The notes beneath the pieces are model-generated. The model made no database searches. It was not told the origin of the DNA and was given only the letters and a program-made list of their open reading frames with translations. 35,139 nucleotides of DNA from Campylobacteraceae bacterium (lineage in GTDB: Bacteria; Campylobacterota; Campylobacteria; Campylobacterales; Campylobacteraceae), in NCBI GenBank assembly GCA_031276365.1, contig JAISNG010000110.1, positions 1 to 35,139 on the forward strand. The letters run 5' to 3'. The translations under genes and the position numbers were made by a program. Below, in pieces: positions 17,366 through 25,482 of the stretch. Position 1 is the stretch's first letter; each line of letters opens with the position of its first letter.

Positions 17366-17682
17366 TTGAGTCTATCCTCGCTAACGTATAGAGTTGTTGT
17401 TCCGTATATTGTCGGAGTTTTATCCACGATATAAAACTCTTTGCCGCGAACCGTAACCTTGTCGTTTACGCGCACCTGCGCAACGTCCGCACTCAAAACT
17501 TCCAAAAACTGAGAACTTGCCTCAACGGCACTTATGCCCTCAAGGACGCTCTCGCTCTTTTGCGTTAGAACAACATTGACATCAATCTCGCCGTAACTCC
17601 CAACAAAACGGGCGCTCTCGCCCGCTTCGCCGCTCTCTAACGCCGCTTTAATGTCTTTTATAAGCAAGTCAATAAGACTCAT
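17362..17682 (-). CDS. Head-tail adaptor / head closure-type protein
   Basis: 106 aa. Its position after the capsid gene and its size are typical of HK97-type connector proteins. I saw no decisive motif. Confidence 0.45.
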   Translation of the reverse strand: MSLIDLLIKDIKAALESGEAGESARFVGSYGEIDVNVVLTQKSESVLEGISAVEASSQFLEVLSADVAQVRVNDKVTVRGKEFYIVDKTPTIYGTTTLYVSEDRLK

Positions 17683-17993
17683 TCGGCATCCTCAAAAGTT
17701 TCTACCAACTCAATCAACTCTTCGCGGGTCTCATCGCCTGCAAGCGCAATGTCAAGCTCTTTGGCTTTGGTTTTCAGCTCGTCATCGCTTAGTTTTTCAA
17801 GCGCGCGTTTTGCCTTTTTACCTTTTGATTTTACAGAAGAGGTTGATTCTATATTGACTTCCAACTCCTCATCCTCTGCTGCGTAGCCTACCGCAATAAG
17901 TTCTTTGGCTTGCACTGCGGCGACTTCATGCGTCTCCCCGACAAAAAGATTTTTACCGGGGATAGCTGTATTTACAAGAATTCTTACTCTCAT
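17679..17993 (-). CDS. Small capsid-proximal protein with HeH/SAP-like C-terminal motif
   Basis: Start at MRVRILV (ATG 17993, RBS GAGGTG). The C-terminal LSDDELKTKAKELDIALAGDETREELIELV resembles HeH/Rho-N type helix-extension-helix motifs, which are common next to phage capsid genes. Confidence 0.45.
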   Translation of the reverse strand: MRVRILVNTAIPGKNLFVGETHEVAAVQAKELIAVGYAAEDEELEVNIESTSSVKSKGKKAKRALEKLSDDELKTKAKELDIALAGDETREELIELVETFEDAE

Positions 17994-18001
17994 ATCACAC
18001 C

Positions 18002-19795
18002 TCAAATCAACGCATCGTCAATTTTTGCGAAGCTCTGCGCCCTGCGAACCAAAGCATCGTAAAACTGATTAACGGTTATCTCAACAACCGCCTCTTTTTT
18101 CTTCGCATATGGATCTACTATCAAATCAACGCCGCCCCAAAAACCGACTATCAAGTCGGCGAAATTGCCAAAAACAATACTTGAAAGATTTGCGCCTGTG
18201 CCTTTTGTAAGGTTTGCAGGGACTTGATTGCTCGTAACATACGAATAACCGTTAATCAAACCGCCGTCTCCAATGTAAAGAGGAAAGCCTGTTTCTTTGG
18301 GTGTTGTTTTTACATAACCTCTTGTCTTTGCATTAATGAGATAACGGAAAGAACCGATATCGGCGTTTTGCACAGCTATGATTGTTTCTAATTCTACAAG
18401 GTCTTTGAATGTCGGAGCCGCGCCGTTTGCGCCAAGAGCTACCAATCCTATACCGGTTGTATTTCTTATACCCGTAGGAGTATTGCCCGTACCGTCGGCG
18501 TTCAACAAGTTCCAATCAATCTTGAGTGTAATCTGTGTTAGAAGGTCGTTTTGAATGAATTGTTCAACATTTAAAGCTGACTGCAAGATAAGACGCTTGC
18601 TGTAAGGCACTGAACCGCCGATACGTTTAGGCGACATGGATTTTTGTCCGAAAGTGATTTCACTGTCCGTAATAGCCCCTATCTCGCTCAAGTCATAAGC
18701 AGTTGAGCTTGTAAGCTGGACAGGGATATCTATATCGCCGCTAAGCCCTGATAAAATAGTCGCATACGGTAAAACTGCCGAACGGTTGCGAAGCAGCTCT
18801 ATAAAGCTCTCGACTTTCAGGTCGGAAGGAACAATGTTTGAACCTGTTGCGCCCTGACCTGTTACAGTTATTGCGCGCCCTAAAACATCAAACGGCACCA
18901 AAATACCCTGTGCTTTGACACCCGTTTTTTTCTGCGCTTCAGATGAAATTTCATACTCAAAACTCGCCTCGTCCTGCGCTTTCTTGTTTGTAGGGTCGGA
19001 AAGCGCGCGTAAAACTCTAAGCAAACTATACTGCTTCAACTCTTTTTCTTCCAAGCCGATAAAACCTGCTTTCGCGTCAATGGGCGCGCCCGCTTTGAAT
19101 GTATCAAGCACTTCGGCGCGGAACTCGTCCACGCTTTTACTCTCGCGGATAGCTTTCGCCGCCGCATCTTGTTTGCCAAATTGTGCGCCGATAGCGATAA
19201 TCTCACTAACGCGCTCCTGCTCTTTAGCCCTCGCCTCATTTTGTAGGGCAACTACATCAATCTCTTTGTCCATCTTTTCTTCCTTATAAAAGTCTAAATT
19301 TCGTCCCACGCCCACAGAATTATCCGCAGGCACCGCCACACTGCTAATCTCCAAAGGCTGCCATTTGGTAACAGTCCAAACATCTTCATTATCGCGTTTG
19401 CCTGTTATGTTTGCTTCTATAACAATGTAACCTACGCTTATCTTCTTTCGGATGCCATCTTTTACGTCGTTATAGATTTGCACGGCAAGAGGGTTATTTT
19501 TGGAAAATCTCACCTCTGCTTTGCCTCTGCTGTCTTGTATCCACGCCTTTTCTACCACTCCGATTTGCGCTCTTGTATCGTGGTCAGCCAAAAGCGGCGC
19601 GGCGTCGTTTAACCTTGTCAGGTCTACGGCATCGGGCTGATGGCTTAATACCTCATAGCCATACCATCGCAAATATGGCTCTTCTGATGAGAAACTAAGC
19701 TCAACGCTCATTTTTTCATCATCTAAAGCCCTTATGCTGCAATCGCCAAAAGCGCATCTATCTTGTTTTTGACCTACAATTTTGTCTTTGCTCAT
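18002..19795 (-). CDS. Fused prohead protease (HK97/S78 family) - scaffold linker - major capsid protein (HK97 fold)
   Basis: 597 aa. The N-terminal ~170 aa are protease-like (LLADHD...KISVGY...VAVPAD). A charged helical linker follows. The C-terminal ~330 aa are HK97-type capsid (SNIVPSDL..., GGSVPYSKRL..., FGNFADLIVGFWGGVDLIVDPY). Confidence 0.85.
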   Translation of the reverse strand: MSKDKIVGQKQDRCAFGDCSIRALDDEKMSVELSFSSEEPYLRWYGYEVLSHQPDAVDLTRLNDAAPLLADHDTRAQIGVVEKAWIQDSRGKAEVRFSKNNPLAVQIYNDVKDGIRKKISVGYIVIEANITGKRDNEDVWTVTKWQPLEISSVAVPADNSVGVGRNLDFYKEEKMDKEIDVVALQNEARAKEQERVSEIIAIGAQFGKQDAAAKAIRESKSVDEFRAEVLDTFKAGAPIDAKAGFIGLEEKELKQYSLLRVLRALSDPTNKKAQDEASFEYEISSEAQKKTGVKAQGILVPFDVLGRAITVTGQGATGSNIVPSDLKVESFIELLRNRSAVLPYATILSGLSGDIDIPVQLTSSTAYDLSEIGAITDSEITFGQKSMSPKRIGGSVPYSKRLILQSALNVEQFIQNDLLTQITLKIDWNLLNADGTGNTPTGIRNTTGIGLVALGANGAAPTFKDLVELETIIAVQNADIGSFRYLINAKTRGYVKTTPKETGFPLYIGDGGLINGYSYVTSNQVPANLTKGTGANLSSIVFGNFADLIVGFWGGVDLIVDPYAKKKEAVVEITVNQFYDALVRRAQSFAKIDDALI

Positions 19796-21270
19796 TTATT
19801 GTCTCCTTTGTTGTTGCCTTGTATGGAAGCAAGCATTTGAAATATCTCTACATCGTTTGCTATCGTTATGCCCATTTGTTCGCGCAAATCTTGGTCTCGT
19901 TTAATAGCCTCATAAACATCTTCAAGGTCGTAACCCATTTCACTCGCAACCATAGAGGGGGCTTTTATGCCTGCTTTCATGGCTAAGATATTGGCTGTAA
20001 TATCTTTTTGCGGGTCTACCCACGCCCAGCGGCGCGGCATGAAGAATGGTTTGTGAAGTTCATCAAACTTGCTTAGCGGCAGAGGAACGGCTTGTGTCAG
20101 CAAAGCCATTTGCAGCCATTCCTTGTAAACTTCATTGACAAATTCCTCAATAAACCAGCTCTGAAGATTCATCCACGCTTCGCGTTCATCCAAAACGCCC
20201 GCGCGGATAGAACTGAAGTTATAGCTCTCAAGGTCGTTTGAAAGATATGCGTAGCTTACATCAAGCCCGCTCGCGATACTCCTAAGCACCGCTTTTTCAA
20301 ACTCGGCAAAAGCCGTATTGGGGTGAGATGGATCTACGACTTTCACATCCCACCCGTCAGGGAGTTTTTGCGCCATACCCGGCGTTATCTCGTCTATAGC
20401 GTCTCCATTTGGGGCGGTATCGTCTCCGATATAATCCTCTCCCGCAGGAGATGTATAAAAAACGCCCTTAGAAGCTGAAACGCGGGCGCTCACAAGCTCC
20501 GCCTCTTCGTATGCACCCATCATTTTTAACTTCGTAACAGCGGCATGAACCCACGGCATACCGCGCGCCTGAGAAATGCGGTCGGGCAGAAAGATATGGA
20601 GTATCTCGTTTGCGGGAATGCGGATATATTCGTTTTGGAGTGCGTATAGAGTTTCGGAAGGGTGGTATTTTGTAAGATGGTAAGCGACAGGCTTGCCGTA
20701 AATATCATACTCTATGCCCATTTTGATGTTTCGTTTGTAGTCGTTGAGATTTTCATTCAGGTGGTCTGCTTCAATAAGCTGAAGTTTAAAGCCAAAGTAG
20801 TTATCATTAGCGCGGATTTTGCGTATAATCACTTCACCGTCAATCGCAGTATTAGACACAACCGCGGTACACAAAGAGCGAAAAGAGTATTTGCCGCTTA
20901 CATCGCAGTTGCCTTTCTTGCTCCACTCCCAAAAAGCGTTTTCAATAGTGTCATTTGCCTCTTTATCCTGCGTTCCGTCAGATTTTACAACCTTAGACTG
21001 GAACATAATACCGTTTGGGCCTATGATATTTGAGCCGACCATACGTTTAAATTTCTTCACATAGTCGTTATTTCTCACCAAATCGCGCGAACGGGCGCGG
21101 ACTTTTGAGAGGTTAATCATAATCAAAACGTCCGCGGAAGATTTACCGCCGCTCCAATTAAACAGCAAATCACTCTCTTTGCCGGCATCATAATTGCGTA
21201 CTTTGACGGCGTGGACGGTTTTTTGTGTTGGCGCGGGGCGGAATTTGCGGAAAAAGTCAAAAAGTTTCAA
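19792..21270 (-). CDS. Portal protein, lambda gpB family
   Basis: 492 aa. RNYDAGKESDLLFNWSG...SADVL...VRARSRDLVRNNDYVKKF...NIIGPNGI matches the lambda-family portal N-terminal signature. ATGA overlaps with both neighbours. Confidence 0.9.
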   Translation of the reverse strand: MKLFDFFRKFRPAPTQKTVHAVKVRNYDAGKESDLLFNWSGGKSSADVLIMINLSKVRARSRDLVRNNDYVKKFKRMVGSNIIGPNGIMFQSKVVKSDGTQDKEANDTIENAFWEWSKKGNCDVSGKYSFRSLCTAVVSNTAIDGEVIIRKIRANDNYFGFKLQLIEADHLNENLNDYKRNIKMGIEYDIYGKPVAYHLTKYHPSETLYALQNEYIRIPANEILHIFLPDRISQARGMPWVHAAVTKLKMMGAYEEAELVSARVSASKGVFYTSPAGEDYIGDDTAPNGDAIDEITPGMAQKLPDGWDVKVVDPSHPNTAFAEFEKAVLRSIASGLDVSYAYLSNDLESYNFSSIRAGVLDEREAWMNLQSWFIEEFVNEVYKEWLQMALLTQAVPLPLSKFDELHKPFFMPRRWAWVDPQKDITANILAMKAGIKAPSMVASEMGYDLEDVYEAIKRDQDLREQMGITIANDVEIFQMLASIQGNNKGDNK

Positions 21271-21509
21271 TCTATAAACCTCGTGCGGATTTTTTGGATA
21301 TTGCTTTTACCGCCCTCTATTGCTTCGAGAACGGCAAGTTCATTGCGCCAAAAGTCAAGGAGTTTGCGAAGTTCGGCAATACTTGCCCGCGTGAACGATT
21401 TGTCGCCAATAGTGTATGACTGCAAAGAAGTTGCCGCTAAAAGCTTTAAGCCTTTGACGCAGTCGTCAATGTTCGCTTTTATCTCGTCTTTCGTCCAAAT
21501 CGGCGTCAA
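21267..21509 (-). CDS. Lambda gpW-like head-tail joining protein
   Basis: 80 aa, immediately upstream of the portal gene as in lambda (A-W-B). The pattern L..A...L.....Y.IGD+.FT.ASI.EL..L is gpW-like. Confidence 0.65.
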   Translation of the reverse strand: MTPIWTKDEIKANIDDCVKGLKLLAATSLQSYTIGDKSFTRASIAELRKLLDFWRNELAVLEAIEGGKSNIQKIRTRFID

Positions 21510-21595
21510 TGCGCATCCTTTTTTATATTTTTTCGGATTTTATAAAAAAAGAGGGCATTTTTAATAGATACAAGAAAATGGGGTATTTTGGAGGT

Positions 21596-21619
21596 TAAAT
21601 CCCTAAATTTAGGGATTTA
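21596..21619. repeat. 24-nt perfect palindrome TAAATCCCTAAATTTAGGGATTTA
   Basis: Seen directly. It lies in the intergenic region upstream of the Panacea gene and is followed by GTTCTTATTTTTTTG. It could be an operator or a terminator hairpin. Confidence 0.7.
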
Positions 21620-21741
21620 GTTCTTATTTTTTTGTAATACTAAAAATGGAGAGGGTAAAAATAAATAATGTTTTTTAAGAGTAAAAATGCAAAAATATGT
21701 TATTATTTGATTGAAGTAACAATAAAAGGAACATATGTTTT

Positions 21742-22308
21742 ATGTTTGAAATAAAAAAAATGTTGCAAGTTATTGCTTATCTTTTATCTCTCAATAATGG
21801 CAAAATGAACTTCTTGAAGTTAATGAAAGAACTTTATTTGATAGATAGAGAGTCTATAGCTGAAAGGGATACATCAATATCTGGCGATGTATATTTTAGC
21901 CTGCCTCATGGACCTGTATTGAGCGCAACAAAAAATCTTCTGGATGATTTAAAATTGGGCAAGACGGATAGACATAATCCTTTAAATGATTTTTTGGATG
22001 CTGAAAAAAGCAATAGGTACAATAATATTTACGATATAGTTCTTAAAAAAGTTCCTGAATATGACCTTTTAAGCGAAAAAGACAAAGAATATATAGAGAA
22101 AATATCAAAACAATTCAAAGACTATTCGCCTAAAAAAATAAAAGAATACACACATGAACTTCCGGAATGGACAGATCCAAACGGCAGTAATATCAAAATC
22201 AGATTTCAAGATATCATGAGAGCTTTGGGTAAAAGTGAGGATGAGATTTTAACTGCAAAACAGGAATATGAGCAAATAATAAACCTCAGTAGATATATTG
22301 GGGTATAG
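21742..22308 (+). CDS. Panacea-domain (DUF4065, SocA/PanA-like) antitoxin-type protein
   Basis: 188 aa. KMLQVIAYLLSL..GKMNFLKLMKELYLIDRESIAERDTSISGDVYFSLPHGPVLSATKNLLD matches the DUF4065 core (LKL.KLLYL.DR....G.PI.G..Y.A...GPV.S). RBS AAAGGAAC. An extended -10, TGTTATTAT, lies upstream. Confidence 0.75.
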   Translation: MFEIKKMLQVIAYLLSLNNGKMNFLKLMKELYLIDRESIAERDTSISGDVYFSLPHGPVLSATKNLLDDLKLGKTDRHNPLNDFLDAEKSNRYNNIYDIVLKKVPEYDLLSEKDKEYIEKISKQFKDYSPKKIKEYTHELPEWTDPNGSNIKIRFQDIMRALGKSEDEILTAKQEYEQIINLSRYIGV

Positions 22309-22310
22309 TT

Positions 22311-22742
22311 GTGGATTTTAATGGTTGTTGTTTTTTTGCATCTGATGAACCAAACGTAAATTTCCCGCATTTTATAGTAATAATATCTTCAAGCAATCCT
22401 GAAGGAAATGCCCTTCTTGTGCCTATCTCTTCCATAAAATTTGAAGCGACAGGCGCTTATAAATATAAGGGTAAGCCTTGCAAGTACTATGATGACGCAT
22501 GTGTTTTGGAGCAAACAGACATAGTAACCGACAACGAGGAACAAGTTCTAAATAAGCCATCTTTTATGAGATACGAGTGGGCAAAAGAGATAAATGTAAA
22601 TACGGTTTTGATAAAAAAATTTTCCAAAATATATGACTACAAGTGTAAAATATCACAAAATGTTTTAGGTAAAATACAAAATGGCGCGAAAAACTCAAAA
22701 GAGTTAAAACCTGCATACAAAAAATATTTTGAATATTTTTAA
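22311..22742 (+). CDS. Hypothetical protein; candidate cognate toxin (PanT position) of unrecognised family
   Basis: 143-aa ORF with a GTG start 2 nt after the PanA stop. HFIVIISSSNPEGNALLVPISSIK loosely resembles the MazF/PemK core (RP.LV.S......vvvvP.TS). I recognise no family. Confidence 0.5.
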   Translation: MDFNGCCFFASDEPNVNFPHFIVIISSSNPEGNALLVPISSIKFEATGAYKYKGKPCKYYDDACVLEQTDIVTDNEEQVLNKPSFMRYEWAKEINVNTVLIKKFSKIYDYKCKISQNVLGKIQNGAKNSKELKPAYKKYFEYF

Positions 22743-22776
22743 TAATTTTTGTGCATAATTTTAAAATAGATTATAT

Positions 22777-22805
22777 CAAAAACTACGATATTTGTAGTTT
22801 TTGAA
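22777..22805. terminator. Bidirectional terminator-like hairpin
   Basis: TCAAAAACTAC (22777-22787) pairs with GTAGTTTTTGA (22795-22805) around a 7-nt loop, with an A-run on one side and a T-run on the other. It lies between the convergent 143-aa and RHH genes. Confidence 0.55.
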
Positions 22806-22807
22806 CC

Positions 22808-23017
22808 TCATTCCTCTTTTTTCAGCCCGCTCTCTATAAAACTAATTACTTCACAATAAGCCTCAATCGCCATCTCTATCAGTTTGCTATCACTTACATT
22901 AAACTTTTTGGACATTTCGCTTATTTTGTCAAATGTACTTTCATTTATCCTAAAACTCTTTACAATTCTTAGTTTGCCGTTATCTCTTTTGCGTCCACTG
23001 TTAATATTACCAGCCAT
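22808..23017 (-). CDS. Ribbon-helix-helix (CopG/Arc-like) small DNA-binding protein
   Basis: 69 aa with a basic N-terminus, a beta-strand (IVKSFRI) and two helices (ESTFDKISEMSKKF, SDSKLIEMAIEAY). Its start overlaps the terminase stop by 11 nt. It is AT-richer than the terminase gene. Confidence 0.5.
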   Translation of the reverse strand: MAGNINSGRKRDNGKLRIVKSFRINESTFDKISEMSKKFNVSDSKLIEMAIEAYCEVISFIESGLKKEE

Positions 23018-24842
23018 TTGCCCAGCTCCTTTTTGGTGTGTCTATTTTTGGTTTTGGCGCGGGCGGAATGTCGGATACAACTCCTATCCGCCTGCCTTTC
23101 TGGAGTATTTTGTCGTCTATGCCTGCTATCAAAAGCGCGGCATTGGCATAGTTGCGGCAGTCTATCGCTTCATTTCTGTGTCTGTATTTTTCCCATCTGC
23201 CTGTTTTTTTGTCTCTTTTTTCGGCTGTGAGCTGTTTGAAATACTCTTTGTCGTATTGCGGTTTGCGCGGAAAGTGCATAAAACCAGCCCCTCGTTCAGT
23301 TATCTCAAGCTTTGCGTATATATCGTCTTTGCCCACATTTACGCCTATCGTAAAGAGGTTTATCTTTGCGAGGTTGTTTTTGCTTGCTCTTGTTTTTACA
23401 AAAGGCGCATTAATTTCGCGCGCTCCTTTTATTGCAAATATCCGCCTTAGATATCTTAGCTTGCAAAACGCATAAGCGGCTTTGGTTCGATGCCCGCCCG
23501 TATCTACCGCAGCGGCAAATATCCTTATTTTTGCGCCGTTTGCATATAAAAATGTGCGTTTAAGGTATGCGTCAAGCGCATCGCGCGTTTCAAGATTGTT
23601 CGGATCGCCGTAAATGACTTTGTAGTCTATACTCCAAGTCTCTTCGTTTTTGCCGTATCCGACGACTTCAACCTCAAAGCGGTCGTCTTGCGTATCGACT
23701 CCCGCGGTAAGCACAAGAACATTCTCAGGAACTTCTGCGCCGTACTCCTCAACGCGCGCTTCCACATTGTCAATTTTAACGGTGTCTATCTCATCTTCCC
23801 ATGGTTTAGCGTCTCTTGTGTTTACCCACACTTTCATTTTTCTTATGTCTCCGCGGTTCATAGCTTGTTTTGCCTCAAGAAATTCGGTAAAAATCTCGCG
23901 CCAAGAAATAAAACCGACTGGCGAATAATAAGAGGGCAGGCGGTAACCTCTATGTATGTGTTCGTTTTCGGCTATCCACTTTCCGTTCAATAACATTTGC
24001 GTTTTGTGATGTTCGTCTATAAGACTTCCGCAATGCTCGCATGCATACTTGACATCGCTTGTAAGCGCGTAGCCGTCTTTGTTGTACGTAAAAACAAAGC
24101 CGTTTTTTTCAAATCTTATAAATTCGCCGCAAAACGGGCATGGCATAAAATAGTGTCTTTGGTCGGACGCTTCAAATTCGGCTTCTATGTTGCTTGCTCC
24201 AGCTATCGTAGGCGTGGAATTTATGTATATTTTTCTCATGCTGCCGAAACTATCGGCGCGCTTTTTGCCCAAGTCTATCGGGTCGCCCTCGCTTCCAACG
24301 TCTTGCGGGAAGCCGTCCACATCGTCAAAAATTACAATGCGGCAGGAGAGTGAACGAAAGTTTGCGGGGGAGCCTGCCCAAGCTATTTTGAGCATACCGC
24401 CCGCGTAAATTTTCTCAAATGTGCCGCCGACGTCGTCTTTCGTCTTGCCTCCTGTTATGCGTTTGGCGAGATACGGCATCGCGCGCAAAGAGGGTTCAAG
24501 TTTGCGGTTGTTATGGTCCTTCGCAAGAGTTTCAGTCGGAAGTATCATCAATTGCGAAGATGGGACAATGTCCATGTAGTAAAGCGTCATGTTATTCGCA
24601 ACTTCAGTAAATCCGAGCTGTGTGCCTTTCATAACTTTTACTTGTTGCGTTGGGCTTTGCGGACTAAGTTCTCGCATAATCTCGCGCAAGTAAGGCATTC
24701 TATCCGTGCTGTATTGCCCCGCTTCCGCACTTGCGCCATGCGGCAACTGTCTAAATGTATCCGCCCATTCGTCTATCGTAAGATATGGGTCTGGGGCAAT
24801 AGCAAGAGCGAAAGCGGCGAGAACAGGATTACTCACTTTCAA
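23007..24842 (-). CDS. terL: Terminase large subunit, lambda gpA family
   Basis: 611 aa. The N-terminal DEWADTFRQLPHGASAEAGQYSTDRMPYLREIM is typical of Terminase_GpA, and the Zn-ribbon-like CPFCGE...CEHCG is present. Confidence 0.9.
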   Translation of the reverse strand: MKVSNPVLAAFALAIAPDPYLTIDEWADTFRQLPHGASAEAGQYSTDRMPYLREIMRELSPQSPTQQVKVMKGTQLGFTEVANNMTLYYMDIVPSSQLMILPTETLAKDHNNRKLEPSLRAMPYLAKRITGGKTKDDVGGTFEKIYAGGMLKIAWAGSPANFRSLSCRIVIFDDVDGFPQDVGSEGDPIDLGKKRADSFGSMRKIYINSTPTIAGASNIEAEFEASDQRHYFMPCPFCGEFIRFEKNGFVFTYNKDGYALTSDVKYACEHCGSLIDEHHKTQMLLNGKWIAENEHIHRGYRLPSYYSPVGFISWREIFTEFLEAKQAMNRGDIRKMKVWVNTRDAKPWEDEIDTVKIDNVEARVEEYGAEVPENVLVLTAGVDTQDDRFEVEVVGYGKNEETWSIDYKVIYGDPNNLETRDALDAYLKRTFLYANGAKIRIFAAAVDTGGHRTKAAYAFCKLRYLRRIFAIKGAREINAPFVKTRASKNNLAKINLFTIGVNVGKDDIYAKLEITERGAGFMHFPRKPQYDKEYFKQLTAEKRDKKTGRWEKYRHRNEAIDCRNYANAALLIAGIDDKILQKGRRIGVVSDIPPAPKPKIDTPKRSWANGW

Positions 24843-25482
24843 ACACCTTGCTTAAGTTTTCAAGCTGTGCCGTTATCTCTGTCTCAAGCATTGTTCGGCA
24901 TGTATGTATATCGCTCGTTACTGCAAGCTTTGGCGCAAGCCTTGCAGGGATTCCAAGCATACCGTTCCTCACAATTCTTACGGCATTAAAAACACTTTTT
25001 TCTATCTGCTCTATTGACATGCTTTTTCTCTCGTCCATATTTGCTTTTGCGGTTTTAATGCGTAACTCCTGCATTAATATTCTGCGGTTTAGCTCCTTTA
25101 TGCCGATGTTATTAAGCTCGGTAACATCTTCAGCTAAGCCAAGAGATTTGGCTTCCTTGTTAAGTTTTTCAAGCTCTTTTTGCATCTCTTCGCGTTCGGC
25201 TATTTTCTCCTCGTCGCTCATATCTGCATAGGATTCGTATTTTCCTTGCATATCAAGTAGGTTATTACCGTGCTGTTTTTCTGCTTTTTTGCGTGTGTTT
25301 GCTTCTCTTTGCGGGTCGCGGCGCGGGTCTTTGTATTCCTCTATCGCTTTTATAGCTTTTTCGTAGTCTATCTTTTTGTCGGGGTTTAATTCCACAATGC
25401 CTTTGCGGACAAGTATATTTACATATTGTCTTGTGCAACCTATCTTTCTTGCAAAAGCAGACTGTGTCAATAGAATTTTCAA
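24829..25482 (-). CDS. terS: Terminase small subunit, lambda Nu1-like
   Basis: 217 aa with a TTG start (RBS AAGGGA). It has an N-terminal winged HTH (LLTQSAFARKIGCTRQYVNILVRKG) and a coiled-coil middle. It overlaps the terL start. Confidence 0.7.
   Translation of the reverse strand: MKILLTQSAFARKIGCTRQYVNILVRKGIVELNPDKKIDYEKAIKAIEEYKDPRRDPQREANTRKKAEKQHGNNLLDMQGKYESYADMSDEEKIAEREEMQKELEKLNKEAKSLGLAEDVTELNNIGIKELNRRILMQELRIKTAKANMDERKSMSIEQIEKSVFNAVRIVRNGMLGIPARLAPKLAVTSDIHTCRTMLETEITAQLENLSKVFESE

Noticed and set aside
22884-24989. Series of plus-strand ORFs (188, 70, 107, 92, 101, 118, 73, 63 and 158 aa) across the RHH, terL and terS genes
   Set aside because: All are antisense to strongly supported terminase genes. 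The products are Cys/Phe/Arg-rich nonsense-like sequences.
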